Part shown: positions 10,728 through 20,395 of the stretch, piece by piece
Numbering within the stretch: the first letter of the stretch is position 1
Layout of the letters: every line of letters begins with the position of its first letter
From: an uncultured Mycoplasmatota bacterium
GTDB taxonomy: Bacteria > Bacillota_I > Bacilli_A > RF39 > UBA660
DNA: 64,000 nucleotides
Reading direction: 5' to 3'
NCBI GenBank assembly: GCA_946553095.1
Contig: CAMNRN010000001.1
Span: 58,899 to 122,898 of the forward strand
Translations under genes and position numbers: made by a program
Notes under the pieces: model-generated
Databases searched by the model: none
What the model saw: the letters and a program-made list of their open reading frames with translations, nothing else
What the model was told of the DNA's origin: nothing

Positions 10728-11993
10728 ATGTTTCGTGGATTTTCCAAGCTATTTAGCAAAGAAAACAAAGATTTAAGAAAGCGAATCTACATTACTCTTT
10801 TTTGCTTAGGCATCTTTTGCCTAGGGACAACAATTACAATTCCTTGGGCATCTGTTGTATATCAAGAACTAGGTTTCTTAGAAATATTTAACTTAATGAG
10901 CGGTGGTGGATTAAAAAGTTTTTCTATTTTCGCTCTAGGAGTATCTCCATACATTACAGCATCAATTATTACTCAATTATTACAAATGGATATTATTCCT
11001 TATTTTAAAGAATTAAAAGACCAAGGCTATGTTGGTCGTCAAAAGATTAATAAGATAACTCGCTATATAGGAATTATTCTAGCCTTTGTGCAAGCCTACG
11101 TCTTATGTATATTCTACATGCGTAGTGCTGGAGTATATGCCATGTTAAAGACATCCTTAGTTATGACTGCTGGTACAGCATTCTGTCTATGGATGGGAGA
11201 TCAAATTACTAATAAAGGGATAGGAAATGGACAATCAATGCTTATTCTAGCTGGTATTATTCAAAGTATGCCAACCATATTTACGGGCGCATATTCTGGA
11301 TTTATCACCGCAGGAACTTATGCAAGTTGGTTAGGAATTCTCTTATTTGCTTTATTTATCATCGTATATGTTTTGATTATCGTTGGTGTAATTTGGATTC
11401 AACTTGCTGAGCGAAGAATACCAATTCAGTACGCTAATCGTACTAATTCGGCATATGGCAAAGATCAAAGTTTCTTGCCAATCAAGATTAATTCAGCTGG
11501 CGTTATTCCTGTTATATTTGCATCAATCTTAACAACTATTCCAGCAACTATTGTGAATTTAATTGGCAATGAAGCTGCAATTGAGTTTGTTAAAAATTAT
11601 ATTACATTTACAACTCCAACTGGTTTTCTGCTATATGTAATACTAATTATTTTCTTCGGATATTTCTATACGTTCATGGTTATGAATCCTGAAGAAATGA
11701 GTAAAAACTTAAATGAACGAGGAGGATATATTCCTGGTACAAGACCTGGCGAAGAAACATCAACATACATCAGTAATTCTCTTGGAAAATTGACTATTGT
11801 TGGTAGCCTATTCCTTGTCGTTTTAGCAGGAATCCCAATTTTGTTCTCAGGTATTTTTGAACTACCGGCAACCGTATCAATCGGTGGAACAGGAATTCTT
11901 ATAGTAGTTGGTGTAGCGATTGAAACATACAAACAAATGGAAAGTAGTTTAATAAGTCGCAGCTATCAGGCTCGCAGAAAGAGATTAAGATAA
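10728..11993 (+). CDS. secY: protein translocase subunit SecY
   Basis: 421 aa, 10 predicted TM segments. Sits at the SecY position of the spc operon. Confidence 0.95.
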   Translation: MFRGFSKLFSKENKDLRKRIYITLFCLGIFCLGTTITIPWASVVYQELGFLEIFNLMSGGGLKSFSIFALGVSPYITASIITQLLQMDIIPYFKELKDQGYVGRQKINKITRYIGIILAFVQAYVLCIFYMRSAGVYAMLKTSLVMTAGTAFCLWMGDQITNKGIGNGQSMLILAGIIQSMPTIFTGAYSGFITAGTYASWLGILLFALFIIVYVLIIVGVIWIQLAERRIPIQYANRTNSAYGKDQSFLPIKINSAGVIPVIFASILTTIPATIVNLIGNEAAIEFVKNYITFTTPTGFLLYVILIIFFGYFYTFMVMNPEEMSKNLNERGGYIPGTRPGEETSTYISNSLGKLTIVGSLFLVVLAGIPILFSGIFELPATVSIGGTGILIVVGVAIETYKQMESSLISRSYQARRKRLR

Positions 11994-11994
11994 A

Positions 11995-12654
11995 ATGAAA
12001 AGTATAATATTTTTAGGAGCACCTGCCTCAGGAAAAGGAACACATAGTAGTCTTTTGGCTGAGAATTTGGGATATATTCAAATATCAACTGGAAATTTAC
12101 TAAGAGAAATAAGTACACAAAATACAGAGTTAGGTCAAAAAATTAAAAATATTATAGCCTCTGGAGAGTTAGTTGATGATGAAAGTGTATTATCATTACT
12201 TAAAAACAAATTAAATGACATCGCAGGAAAGCCATTTATCTTGGATGGTTTTCCTCGTAATCTTAATCAAACAAAACAATTAAGTGTAATACTTGATGAT
12301 TTAAAAGTAGAATATATAGTAATATATTTCAATATTGATGAAGACCTATGTCGAAAAAGAATTACGGGTCGAATTACTTGCCCATGTGGCAAATCATATA
12401 ACATGACAACCAAGTTTCTTCCTAAAAAAGAAGGAATATGTGATTCATGTGGTCAATCTCTTCAAAAAAGAGAAGATGACAATGAAGAAGCATTCAATAA
12501 AAGATTTGCTCTATATATCAAAAATACTGAACCGATTATAGACTATTATCAAAAAGAAAATAAGCTCGTTGTGATTGATGCCAATACAACTGAAACTAGA
12601 AGTTGTGAAGATATATACCAAGAAATAATCGAGGTTATAAATGATAAGTATTAA
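11995..12654 (+). CDS. adk: adenylate kinase (Cys4 zinc-lid type)
   Basis: 219 aa. GAPASGKGT P-loop and a CPCG...CDSCG zinc lid. Confidence 0.95.
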   Translation: MKSIIFLGAPASGKGTHSSLLAENLGYIQISTGNLLREISTQNTELGQKIKNIIASGELVDDESVLSLLKNKLNDIAGKPFILDGFPRNLNQTKQLSVILDDLKVEYIVIYFNIDEDLCRKRITGRITCPCGKSYNMTTKFLPKKEGICDSCGQSLQKREDDNEEAFNKRFALYIKNTEPIIDYYQKENKLVVIDANTTETRSCEDIYQEIIEVINDKY

Positions 12655-13417
12655 AAGCGAAAGAGAAATAAGCTTGATGCGCGAAGCAGGCAAGCGATTA
12701 AAAGAAACCTTTGCAGAAATTGAAAAGCATTTAAAAGTAGGAATAACTACTAAAGAAATTGATGAAATAGCCCATGACTACATTATTCAAAATGATTGTA
12801 TCCCATCTTGCTTAGGATATGAAGGATATCCAGCAACGATATGTATCTCAATCAACGATGAAGTCGTTCACGGTATTCCTCGTAATTATAAAATAAAAAA
12901 CGGTGATATCGTCTCTTGTGACATAGTATTATCTTACAAAGGATATCATGCTGATGCCACACGGACATATATAATTGGCACCGTATCTAAAGAAATTATC
13001 GATTTAGTAGAGAATACCAAAAAAGCATTTTATGCTGGTGTATCTAAAGTTCGCGAAGGTGTAAGAGTAAAAGAAATTAGCAAGGCCATTGAAGACTATG
13101 CTCATCTTCACAATTTAAGTGTTGTTGAAGAACTAGTTGGCCACGGAATTGGTACCGAAATGCACGAAGAACCGGATATCCCTAATTTTGATACTAATAA
13201 CAATACAAGATTAAAAGCTGGGATGGTAATTTGCATTGAACCAATGCTTAATTTAGGAAGTAAAGAAGTTTATTTATGTGAAGATGAATGGACCGTAAAA
13301 ACATGCGATGGCAAGTATTCATCTCATTATGAAAATACCGTTTTAGTTACAAAAGACGGATACGAAATATTAACTGAGGAGAATATAAATGGCGAAAAAA
13401 AGAAATGTTCCAAATAA
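12641..13417 (+). CDS. map: methionine aminopeptidase type I
   Basis: 258 aa. Residue pattern matching the metal ligands of MetAP-I (D, D, H, E, E). Confidence 0.94.
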   Translation: MISIKSEREISLMREAGKRLKETFAEIEKHLKVGITTKEIDEIAHDYIIQNDCIPSCLGYEGYPATICISINDEVVHGIPRNYKIKNGDIVSCDIVLSYKGYHADATRTYIIGTVSKEIIDLVENTKKAFYAGVSKVREGVRVKEISKAIEDYAHLHNLSVVEELVGHGIGTEMHEEPDIPNFDTNNNTRLKAGMVICIEPMLNLGSKEVYLCEDEWTVKTCDGKYSSHYENTVLVTKDGYEILTEENINGEKKKCSK

Positions 13418-13661
13418 TGGTACAGAAAAAAAAGATAGATCTGTTTCAAAAACAGAAAAAATAGAAGTAGATGGAGTAGTAACCGAAATTTTAAAAGGTA
13501 GTGATTATCTTATAGAATTAGAAAATGGACATACTGTAAAAGCCTACGTTTCTGGTAAAATGCGTATGCACAACATTCGTATTTTACCAGGTGATAAAGT
13601 TACAGTAGAGTTATCTCCATACGATTTAACACGTGGGATTATAACATGGAATAAGAGATAA
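13389..13661 (+). CDS. infA: translation initiation factor IF-1 with ~20-aa Lys-rich N-terminal extension
   Basis: 90 aa. The C-terminal 70 aa match the IF-1 S1 fold ([16 protein letters not shown]). There is no alternative in-frame start, so the extension looks real. Confidence 0.88.
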   Translation: MAKKRNVPNNGTEKKDRSVSKTEKIEVDGVVTEILKGSDYLIELENGHTVKAYVSGKMRMHNIRILPGDKVTVELSPYDLTRGIITWNKR

Positions 13662-13672
13662 GGAGTGAAATT

Positions 13673-13786
13673 ATGAAAGTTAGACCATCCGTTAAAAAGA
13701 TATGTAAAAAGTGCAAAATTATAAGAAGAAAGGGAAAGATTAGGGTAATATGTGAAAACCCTAAGCATAAACAAGTGCAAGGTTAA
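13673..13786 (+). CDS. rpmJ: 50S ribosomal protein L36
   Basis: Translates to [37 protein letters not shown] (37 aa, C-x2-C...C-x5-H zinc ribbon). Too short for the ORF track and found by reading the infA-rpsM gap. RBS GGAGTG. Confidence 0.9.
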   Translation: MKVRPSVKKICKKCKIIRRKGKIRVICENPKHKQVQG

Positions 13787-13795
13787 GGAGGAACT

Positions 13796-14170
13796 ATGGC
13801 AAGAATAAAAAACATTGAATTACCAAATGAAAAACATATTTGCATTGGATTAACTGAAATATATGGAATAGGAAGAAGCCTAGCTCTTACTATATGTGAA
13901 GATGCAAAAGTTGAAAGTACTAAAAAAGTTAAAGATTTAACTGATGAAGAAATTACTAAACTCCGTAAAGAAGTTGACAAATACGTTGTTGAAGGAGACC
14001 TTCGTCGTGATGTTCAAATGTCTATTAAAAACAAAATGGAAATTAATTGTTATGAAGGTATTCGTCACAAAAAAGGTCTACCAGTAAGAGGACAAAGAAC
14101 AAGTAGAAATGCCAAGACTCGTAAAGGTAGAGGAAAAGTTGTTGCAAATAAGAAAAAGGTAGGAAAGTAG
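13796..14170 (+). CDS. rpsM: 30S ribosomal protein S13
   Basis: 124 aa. [17 protein letters not shown]. Confidence 0.96.
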   Translation: MARIKNIELPNEKHICIGLTEIYGIGRSLALTICEDAKVESTKKVKDLTDEEITKLRKEVDKYVVEGDLRRDVQMSIKNKMEINCYEGIRHKKGLPVRGQRTSRNAKTRKGRGKVVANKKKVGK

Positions 14171-14178
14171 GTTAGAGT

Positions 14179-14562
14179 ATGGCTTATAATAGAAGAAAAA
14201 GAAAAGTTAAGAAAAATATCCCTGAAGCGGTTGCATATATTCATTCAACATACAATAATACAATCGTAACAATATCAGATAAAGATGGAAACGCTATAAG
14301 CTGGTCATCTGCGGGAAGAATAGGATATAAAGGATCTAAGAAAAAGACTCCATTTGCTGCTGGGCTTACTAGTGAAGCTGCTGCCGCTGCTGCTGTAGAA
14401 CAAGGTGTAAAAAAAGTCGAAGTACATGTTAAGGGTCTTGGACCAGGAAGAGAAAATGCAATTCGTTCACTTCAAACAGCAGGATTAGAAATTACAAGTA
14501 TCATCGATGAAACTCCAATCCCTCATAATGGATGTCGTCCACCAAAAAGACCAAGAAATTAA
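14179..14562 (+). CDS. rpsK: 30S ribosomal protein S11
   Basis: 127 aa. [16 protein letters not shown] is the S11 signature. Confidence 0.96.
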   Translation: MAYNRRKRKVKKNIPEAVAYIHSTYNNTIVTISDKDGNAISWSSAGRIGYKGSKKKTPFAAGLTSEAAAAAAVEQGVKKVEVHVKGLGPGRENAIRSLQTAGLEITSIIDETPIPHNGCRPPKRPRN

Positions 14563-14581
14563 TGTGGAAGGGGAATAATTT

Positions 14582-15526
14582 ATGATAAAATTTGAAAAAC
14601 CAGAGTATAAAATAACCGAATATCAAGAAAACAACTTCTTTGCTAAGTTTGAACTAGATCCTCTAGAAAGAGGTTTTGGAACAACTATTGGAAATGCTTT
14701 AAGAAGAGTATTGTTATCAAGTTTGCCAGGATCAGCTGTAACAACTGTTAAAATAGATGGCGTAATGCATGAATTTCAAAAAATAGAAGGTGTTGTAGAA
14801 GATGTTACAACAATCGTTTTAGCTCTTAAAAATTTAGTTGTTAAAAACCACACAACGGAGACAGTAACCATTCGTTTGTCAAAATCATCAGTTGGTCCTG
14901 TAACCGCAAATGATTTTGAACCAAATGCTGATATAGAAATTATTAACAAAGACCTAGTAATATGTAATCTAGTTGCTGGTGGAAAAATTAGTATGGAAAT
15001 AACCATCAACAATGGTCGTGGATATGTATCTGCATCAGAAAATAAAGCAAAGTTACATGAGATTAAAGCTGGTGTTATCGCAATAGATTCCTCTTATTCG
15101 CCTATTGAGTTAGTAAAATATGAAGTTTTAGATACTCGAGTTGGTCAAGATGAATCATATGATAAATTAGTAATGGAAGTATCAACAAATGGCAGTATGA
15201 CTCCAGAAGAAGCAATGGCATTAGGAGCAAAGATATTAATTGAGCATTTCAATATTATTACAGATTTAAATGCTATAAGTAATATAACTGGAATAATGCA
15301 AGAAAAGAAAGTTGATACCATGACTAAGACATTAGAAACTCCAATTGAAGAAGTTGAGTTTTCAGTAAGAGCATATAACTGTTTAAAAAGAGCTGGTATT
15401 CACACCATCCAAGATTTAGTTAATAAAAAAGAAGTAGAAGTCACTAAGATAAGAAATCTAGGAAAGAAATCTCTTAAAGAAGTTCTTGATAAAGTTTCTG
15501 AATTAGGACTATCATTTAAGGAGTAG
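14582..15526 (+). CDS. rpoA: DNA-directed RNA polymerase subunit alpha
   Basis: 314 aa. [16 protein letters not shown] (NTD) and a C-terminal HhH region ([12 protein letters not shown]). Confidence 0.96.
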   Translation: MIKFEKPEYKITEYQENNFFAKFELDPLERGFGTTIGNALRRVLLSSLPGSAVTTVKIDGVMHEFQKIEGVVEDVTTIVLALKNLVVKNHTTETVTIRLSKSSVGPVTANDFEPNADIEIINKDLVICNLVAGGKISMEITINNGRGYVSASENKAKLHEIKAGVIAIDSSYSPIELVKYEVLDTRVGQDESYDKLVMEVSTNGSMTPEEAMALGAKILIEHFNIITDLNAISNITGIMQEKKVDTMTKTLETPIEEVEFSVRAYNCLKRAGIHTIQDLVNKKEVEVTKIRNLGKKSLKEVLDKVSELGLSFKE

Positions 15527-15530
15527 AAGC

Positions 15531-15872
15531 ATGAAATATAGAAAATTAGGAAGAGAAACAAGAATTAGACGTAGTATTTTAGCGAGTCTAACTAAAGATT
15601 GCATAATGAATGAATCAGTTGTAACTACTGAAGCACGTGCCAAAGAAGTTCGTAAGTTCGTAGAAAAAATGATTACATATGGTAAAAATGGTACTTTAGT
15701 ATCTCGTCGTAAAGCATTAGCTTTTCTACATAATGATAATGAAGTGGTAAAAAAAGTATTCAATGATCTTGCTAAAAGATATGAAACTAGAGATGGTGGA
15801 TATACAAGAATCATTAAACTTAAAGAACGCCGTGGCGATGATGCTTTGGAAGTTAAACTAGAATTAGTGTAA
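15531..15872 (+). CDS. rplQ: 50S ribosomal protein L17
   Basis: 113 aa. [16 protein letters not shown] is an L17 motif. Confidence 0.95.
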   Translation: MKYRKLGRETRIRRSILASLTKDCIMNESVVTTEARAKEVRKFVEKMITYGKNGTLVSRRKALAFLHNDNEVVKKVFNDLAKRYETRDGGYTRIIKLKERRGDDALEVKLELV

Positions 15873-15874
15873 AA

Positions 15875-15898
15875 TAGTCAAAAGAAGACTATTTTTTT
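15875..15898 (+). terminator. rho-independent terminator after rplQ (TAGTC-7nt-GACTA + T7)
   Basis: 5-bp inverted repeat 15875-15879/15887-15891, followed by TTTTTTT. Confidence 0.5.
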
Positions 15899-15957
15899 GT
15901 TTTACTAAAATAAGTATAAATTAATAATTCTTAACCATACCAATAAGGGAGGTAAAA

Positions 15958-16149
15958 ATGAAAGAACAAAATTGTGATAGTTGCAAGGATGCCAAATTTG
16001 GTATTGCTTATATCGACCAGGAGACAGGAATACTTTGTAGTAAAATAGATACAGATATGAAGCTACCAATAGGAAAAAAGATTCTTGCCCCTCAAATATG
16101 TACTAAATGTGGTACAACATCATGGAAAACTATTGATAATCAAGAATAA
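15958..16149 (+). CDS. small Cys4 zinc-ribbon protein (63 aa), function unknown
   Basis: CDSC...(37 aa)...CTKCG. Strong RBS AAGGGAGG. Flanked by terminators on both sides. Confidence 0.6.
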   Translation: MKEQNCDSCKDAKFGIAYIDQETGILCSKIDTDMKLPIGKKILAPQICTKCGTTSWKTIDNQE

Positions 16150-16172
16150 AGTGCTAATAAACACTTTTTTTT
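16149..16172 (+). terminator. rho-independent terminator (AAGTG-8nt-CACTT + T8)
   Basis: Inverted repeat 16149-16153/16162-16166 followed by a T-run. Overlaps the stop of the small ORF. Confidence 0.5.
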
Positions 16173-16281
16173 GTGGTTAAATCAACGAATTTAACTATTC
16201 GCCTATTGTCAAAGAATGGCCTTTGTGATATTATTATCTTGTCGCTTAAAATGACAAATTAAAAAAAAGTGAAATTTGTTG

Positions 16282-16309
16282 TTGACATTTTAAAAAAAAT
16301 ATGTATAAT
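16282..16309 (+). promoter_or_regulatory. near-consensus sigma-A promoter of the surface island (-35 TTGACA, 16-nt spacer with TG, -10 TATAAT)
   Basis: TTGACA at 16282-16287, TG at 16302-16303, TATAAT at 16304-16309. RBS AAAGGAGAGGG precedes the ATG at 16375. Confidence 0.6.
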
Positions 16310-16374
16310 AGTAACCATTAGATTTTTTTGACGCGGATAGTCGAAAAAAATAAAAGGAGAGGGATTGGTTAGAT

Positions 16375-18492
16375 ATGAAGAAAAATAAAAAGAATTTAAA
16401 AACAAGAATAGCAGCATTTGCTTTAGCGGCTGCAACTTTCTTCGGAGGAGTTAAGGCTTGTAATGAAATAAAAGAACATGAGCCAAACGAAGATTCGGAA
16501 ATTAATACCGAATTTAATATAGGGGACACGCCTAGTTCAGAATCAACTATAAAACCTTCTGTACCAGGACATGACCACAACCATAATAACAGTAATAATA
16601 ATCAAAATAATCAAGTAGTTCAAAACGAAGAAGAACCTAAAGAAGATGATATGGTTAAACCAGGTGAAGGATATATTAATGATGAAGGTTCTAAAAAGCC
16701 AAGCGGTAAACCAAGTGTTAAACCTAGTACAGACGAAAGCATCGACAAAGGCGAAAATGACAAAGAAGATGTTACTAAGGAAGAAACGCCAAACGCAAGT
16801 GATAATGAAGAAGCTGACAAAGAAAATTCATCTAGCTTAGATACTGAAACACCAAGCGATTCTCAAGAAAATCAAGAAAATGAAAATAAAAATGAGAATA
16901 ATAAACCAAATGAGTCTAAGCCTGAAAAACCTGGTAATGAAAATAAACCAAGTAAACCGGATACAACTAAGCCAGATAGCAAACCAGATAATAAACCGGA
17001 TAGTAAGCCAGATAATAAACCAGAAGTAAAACCACCAGTAGAAGAACCTGGAATTGATGAACCAGAAATTGACGAACCAGAACATGAACATTTATTTAAC
17101 TTAGTTATATCAACTTACTATACTTATGATAATGATACACATAATGTATGTAATGTTATAGCTTGTGAATGTGGTATAGAACAAGAAGTTGTAGTTAAAT
17201 CAGTTTCTCATAGTTTTACTAAAAATGACAATGGTGATGGCACTGTAACATATACTTGTGAATGTGGATATTCAAAAACAGAATCAATTGTAATTACGCC
17301 ACCTGAAAAAGAACATAAACACGACTATACAAAAGAAGTAAGTGCAAGCTATGCTGGAAATGATGAACATAGAATCGTAGAAACATATACATGTTCAAAC
17401 GAAGATGGAAAGTGTGACAATATAACATATACAAAAGAATTAGGAACAGAAGCATGTGGCTATGAAGATGGTGTATGCCAAACGTGCGGACACGTAAAAG
17501 AAGTCGTAAAAGAACACGAACATGACTATACAAAAGAAATAAGTGCTAGTTATGCCGGAAATGATCAACATACATTAACAGCAACATATACATGTTCAAA
17601 TGAAGATGGAAAATGTGACAGTGTATCATATACAGAAGAATTAGGAACAGAAGCATGTGGCTATGAAGATGGAGTATGTCAAACATGTGGACACGTAAAA
17701 GAAGTTGTAAAAGAACACGAACATGACTATACAAAAGAAATAAGCGCTAGTTATGCCGGAAATGATCAACATACATTAACAGCAACATATACATGTTCAA
17801 ATGAAGACGGAAAATGTGATAAAGAATCATATTCAGAAGAATTAGGAACAGAAACATGTGGATATGAAAATGGTGTATGTCAAACCTGTGGTCATACAAA
17901 AGAAATAGAACACAAACATGACTACCAATTAGTAGAAAGTAACATTACATCTGGCGGAGGAAGCCACACTATAAATGAAAAATATGAATGTAAAGGTGAA
18001 GGAATCTGTGATAATCCATCCTATGAAAATACATCTACAGAAGCTTGTACACCAGGAAACTGGGAATCAGTAGATGGTCAAGATATTAGAAGATGTACTG
18101 TATGTGGAGATACATTAGAAATTGCTGAATCACACACTTGTGTACCAGTGCTTGATCCAAACGCAGATCCATGCCAAGGTTATGACACAGTTTGTGAAAC
18201 ATGTGGAAAAGCAATGACTATTGAAGGGACACATAATTATTATTACTTAGGCGAAGAAGACGGCATGGATGTTTACGTATGTGACCACTGTGGAGACTTA
18301 CTAGAAGTCCCAAAAGTTCAAGTTCCTGAAGAAAACAACGATGAAACTAACGAACTAGAAAATCCTGAAATAGAAATGATTGAACCTCCACTATATAGTG
18401 ATATACCAACAGAACAAGAAGAAACTACAAATACAGTTTTAACTGAAAGTGAATTGAGTTTGGTTAGAACTCGTAAAGATTATGCTCGTTAA
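16375..18492 (+). CDS. secreted Cys-rich tandem-repeat protein, probable lipoprotein (705 aa)
   Basis: Signal peptide with the Cys-containing motif ...FFGGVKAC. A low-complexity N/E/K/P/D region (KPDS/KPDN periodicity). Then three 67-aa tandem modules carrying paired C..C motifs (YTCSNEDGKCD...CGYEDGVCQTCGH) plus further CxxC modules. Confidence 0.75.
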   Translation: MKKNKKNLKTRIAAFALAAATFFGGVKACNEIKEHEPNEDSEINTEFNIGDTPSSESTIKPSVPGHDHNHNNSNNNQNNQVVQNEEEPKEDDMVKPGEGYINDEGSKKPSGKPSVKPSTDESIDKGENDKEDVTKEETPNASDNEEADKENSSSLDTETPSDSQENQENENKNENNKPNESKPEKPGNENKPSKPDTTKPDSKPDNKPDSKPDNKPEVKPPVEEPGIDEPEIDEPEHEHLFNLVISTYYTYDNDTHNVCNVIACECGIEQEVVVKSVSHSFTKNDNGDGTVTYTCECGYSKTESIVITPPEKEHKHDYTKEVSASYAGNDEHRIVETYTCSNEDGKCDNITYTKELGTEACGYEDGVCQTCGHVKEVVKEHEHDYTKEISASYAGNDQHTLTATYTCSNEDGKCDSVSYTEELGTEACGYEDGVCQTCGHVKEVVKEHEHDYTKEISASYAGNDQHTLTATYTCSNEDGKCDKESYSEELGTETCGYENGVCQTCGHTKEIEHKHDYQLVESNITSGGGSHTINEKYECKGEGICDNPSYENTSTEACTPGNWESVDGQDIRRCTVCGDTLEIAESHTCVPVLDPNADPCQGYDTVCETCGKAMTIEGTHNYYYLGEEDGMDVYVCDHCGDLLEVPKVQVPEENNDETNELENPEIEMIEPPLYSDIPTEQEETTNTVLTESELSLVRTRKDYAR
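17311..17913 (+). repeat. 3 x 201-bp near-identical tandem direct repeats inside the Cys-rich protein gene
   Basis: The units start at 17311, 17512 and 17713. Copies 2 and 3 differ by about 2 nt over their first 108 nt. The antisense track ORFs beginning MYSHVRVLL at 17294-17533 and 17546-17734 mirror the same repeat. Confidence 0.85.
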
Positions 18493-18504
18493 AATATTGA
18501 AAGG

Positions 18505-19320
18505 ATGAAAGAAATGAAAAAGGGAGAAAAAAAATGGTATACATCTGTTAGTAATATCTTAATGATAATAGCATGTATTATATTAGTACCTATATTAATT
18601 ATTAACATTTGGATTATGATTCAATCCAAAACTAATGAAGATGCAGTTCCAAGTGTCTTTGGCATCAAACCATTTCTTGTTCTCTCTGGTTCAATGGAAA
18701 GTGATATCCACAAAGGAGACTTGATTCTTACAAAAATAGTTCCAGAAGAAGAATTAGACAATTTAAAAGTTGGTGAGGTAATCGCCTTTAGAGATGCTGA
18801 AAATACTGTCACAACACATAGAATAAAAGATATTGTTGAAAAAGATGGAAACAAGTATTTCATAACAAAAGGAGATGCCAACTCATCACAAGATTTAAAT
18901 TTAGTTTCTCTAGATGACGTCGAAGGAATCTATATTGCTAGAATTCCAGGAATCGGTTCCATGATGGATTCGTTATCAAAACCGACAACTATCTTAATAG
19001 TAGTTTTAGGAATAACTGTTATCTTTGTAATAGGTTATGCTATCTCTAACAAAAAGATTAGAGAAGAAGAAAGAAAAGAATTTTTAGAATTCAAAAAACT
19101 GAAAGAAGAAATGGAAGTTAATTCCAAGACCAAGAAAACGAAGTCTATAAAAGCTGAAGAAGACGAAGAGCTTCTTAAAGAGGAAGGGGAGAAACCTCAA
19201 GCAAAGAAGAAAACAAGTACTGCAACAAAGAGAAAACCGACAACAACACCTAAGAAGAAAGAAACAACAGCAACAAAGAAGAGTACGAGTACTTCTAAAA
19301 AAACTAAGTCGAGTAAATAG
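18505..19320 (+). CDS. sipW: Sec11/SipW-type signal peptidase I (S26B) with ~100-aa K/S/T-rich C-terminal tail
   Basis: 271 aa. N-terminal TM, catalytic SGSMES and THRI motifs of ER/archaeal-type signal peptidases, a second TM, then a Lys/Thr/Ser-rich tail. Confidence 0.8.
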   Translation: MKEMKKGEKKWYTSVSNILMIIACIILVPILIINIWIMIQSKTNEDAVPSVFGIKPFLVLSGSMESDIHKGDLILTKIVPEEELDNLKVGEVIAFRDAENTVTTHRIKDIVEKDGNKYFITKGDANSSQDLNLVSLDDVEGIYIARIPGIGSMMDSLSKPTTILIVVLGITVIFVIGYAISNKKIREEERKEFLEFKKLKEEMEVNSKTKKTKSIKAEEDEELLKEEGEKPQAKKKTSTATKRKPTTTPKKKETTATKKSTSTSKKTKSSK

Positions 19321-19443
19321 ACTTAGAGTGTAAATTTGGTAAACCCTCGAAAGAGTGTTTATATAGATAGGATGCTATTATTCATCCTGTGCATAGTACT
19401 ATGCATAATGATAAATTTGCATGAAAAAGGAGGTGAAAACGAA

Positions 19444-20292
19444 ATGAAAAAGAAAAGTATGGCTTTAGGAGCATTATTAATGGCAGTTGCAGTTACTGGA
19501 TATTCAGTAAGTGGAACATATGCTAAATATACATCTTCTATAGATATTACTGATGAAGCTAGAGTAGCTAAATGGGGATTTAATGCAACAGATAAAAATG
19601 GTAATCTTACTACAGAAAATACTATTGATTTATTCAGCCAATCATATTCAATTAATGGAACTGATAATGAACTAAAATATGTTCTATCTTCAAACACTGA
19701 TAAGGTGGTTGCACCAGGAACAAAAGGTTCTTATGAATTCCAACTTGAAGGTGAAGTTGAAACTAGATATGCATTATTATTCGCTATTGATGAAAATAAA
19801 AATACTGATATAGTAGTTTACTACTCATTAGATGCTGAAGGAAATATTGACAGAAAATCTACTACTCCATTTGACGGAGCATTAGAATATCGTCCAATTA
19901 GATATACAGTAAAATATACTAGAGGAGATAGCGAAGAAGACTTAACTAAAGGACTTTTGACAAATCTAGATTCTAAAACTCTAATTAACGCTTTAAAAGG
20001 CGAAACTGAAAGAGAATATGCAGCTGGAGAATTTAATCAAAAGTATGTAATTAGTTGGGAATGGGCACCTAGAAATGCAACAAATAATGCAACAGATAAA
20101 GGCGCATTATCAAAAACAAATGTAGACATTCTAGATACATTTGCTGGACAAGAAATTGTAAAAGCAATGAACGAAGAAGGAAATACATTTGGTCAAGTAA
20201 AATTTGATGTTAAGATTACTGCTAACCAAGTTACTGCTAACCAAGCTGATTATAATGATGATGGTGAATCAAGTAAAGCAGTTGTTAAATAA
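19444..20292 (+). CDS. TasA/camelysin-like protein with SipW-cognate-type signal peptide (putative fibre subunit)
   Basis: 282 aa from ATG 19444 (RBS AAAGGAGGTG); the track ORF starts upstream at 19336. MKKKSMALGALLMAVAVTGYSVSGTYAKYTSS resembles the GGGTWAAFND region of TasA and the TIGR04088 class. Sits immediately downstream of the sipW homolog. Confidence 0.55.
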   Translation: MKKKSMALGALLMAVAVTGYSVSGTYAKYTSSIDITDEARVAKWGFNATDKNGNLTTENTIDLFSQSYSINGTDNELKYVLSSNTDKVVAPGTKGSYEFQLEGEVETRYALLFAIDENKNTDIVVYYSLDAEGNIDRKSTTPFDGALEYRPIRYTVKYTRGDSEEDLTKGLLTNLDSKTLINALKGETEREYAAGEFNQKYVISWEWAPRNATNNATDKGALSKTNVDILDTFAGQEIVKAMNEEGNTFGQVKFDVKITANQVTANQADYNDDGESSKAVVK

Positions 20293-20310
20293 TTATAAAT
20301 TGACATCAAT

Positions 20311-20363
20311 GGAAGTTGTTTAACTTCCAAATAAGCCTATGAACGTCATAGGTTTATTTGGAA
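20311..20363 (+). terminator. compound hairpin / intrinsic terminator between the TasA-like gene and the giant adhesin gene
   Basis: GGAAGTT-4nt-AACTTCC (20311-20328) overlaps a long stem TTCCAAATAAGCCTATGA-acg-TCATAGGtTTATTTGGAA (20325-20363) that ends in a T-rich tract. Confidence 0.55.
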
Positions 20364-20395
20364 ACTAAATACTGAATAAGGGGAGGAGCCAATCT

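Noticed and set aside
1930-15814. Minus-strand ORFs of 60-112 aa inside ribosomal protein genes (e.g. 1930-2187, 2579-2806, 4665-4862, 7003-7239, 8347-8538, 9197-9397, 10183-10425, 10451-10711, 11666-11932, 13544-13980, 14776-15012, 15512-15814)
   Set aside because: They are antisense to highly conserved genes, have no RBS, and their low-complexity hydrophobic translations are typical of AT-rich antisense frames. Treated as spurious.
16200-16260. Short inverted repeats (TTGTC-9nt-GACAA; TCAAAG...CTTTG) upstream of the island promoter
   Set aside because: They are only 5-6 bp in AT-rich DNA and could be an operator, but there is not enough evidence to call one.
17294-17734. Minus-strand ORFs 17294-17533 and 17546-17734 with near-identical translations (MYSHVRVLL...)
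   Set aside because: They are the antisense image of the 201-bp tandem repeats in the Cys-rich protein gene. They are not genes, but they do flag the repeat.
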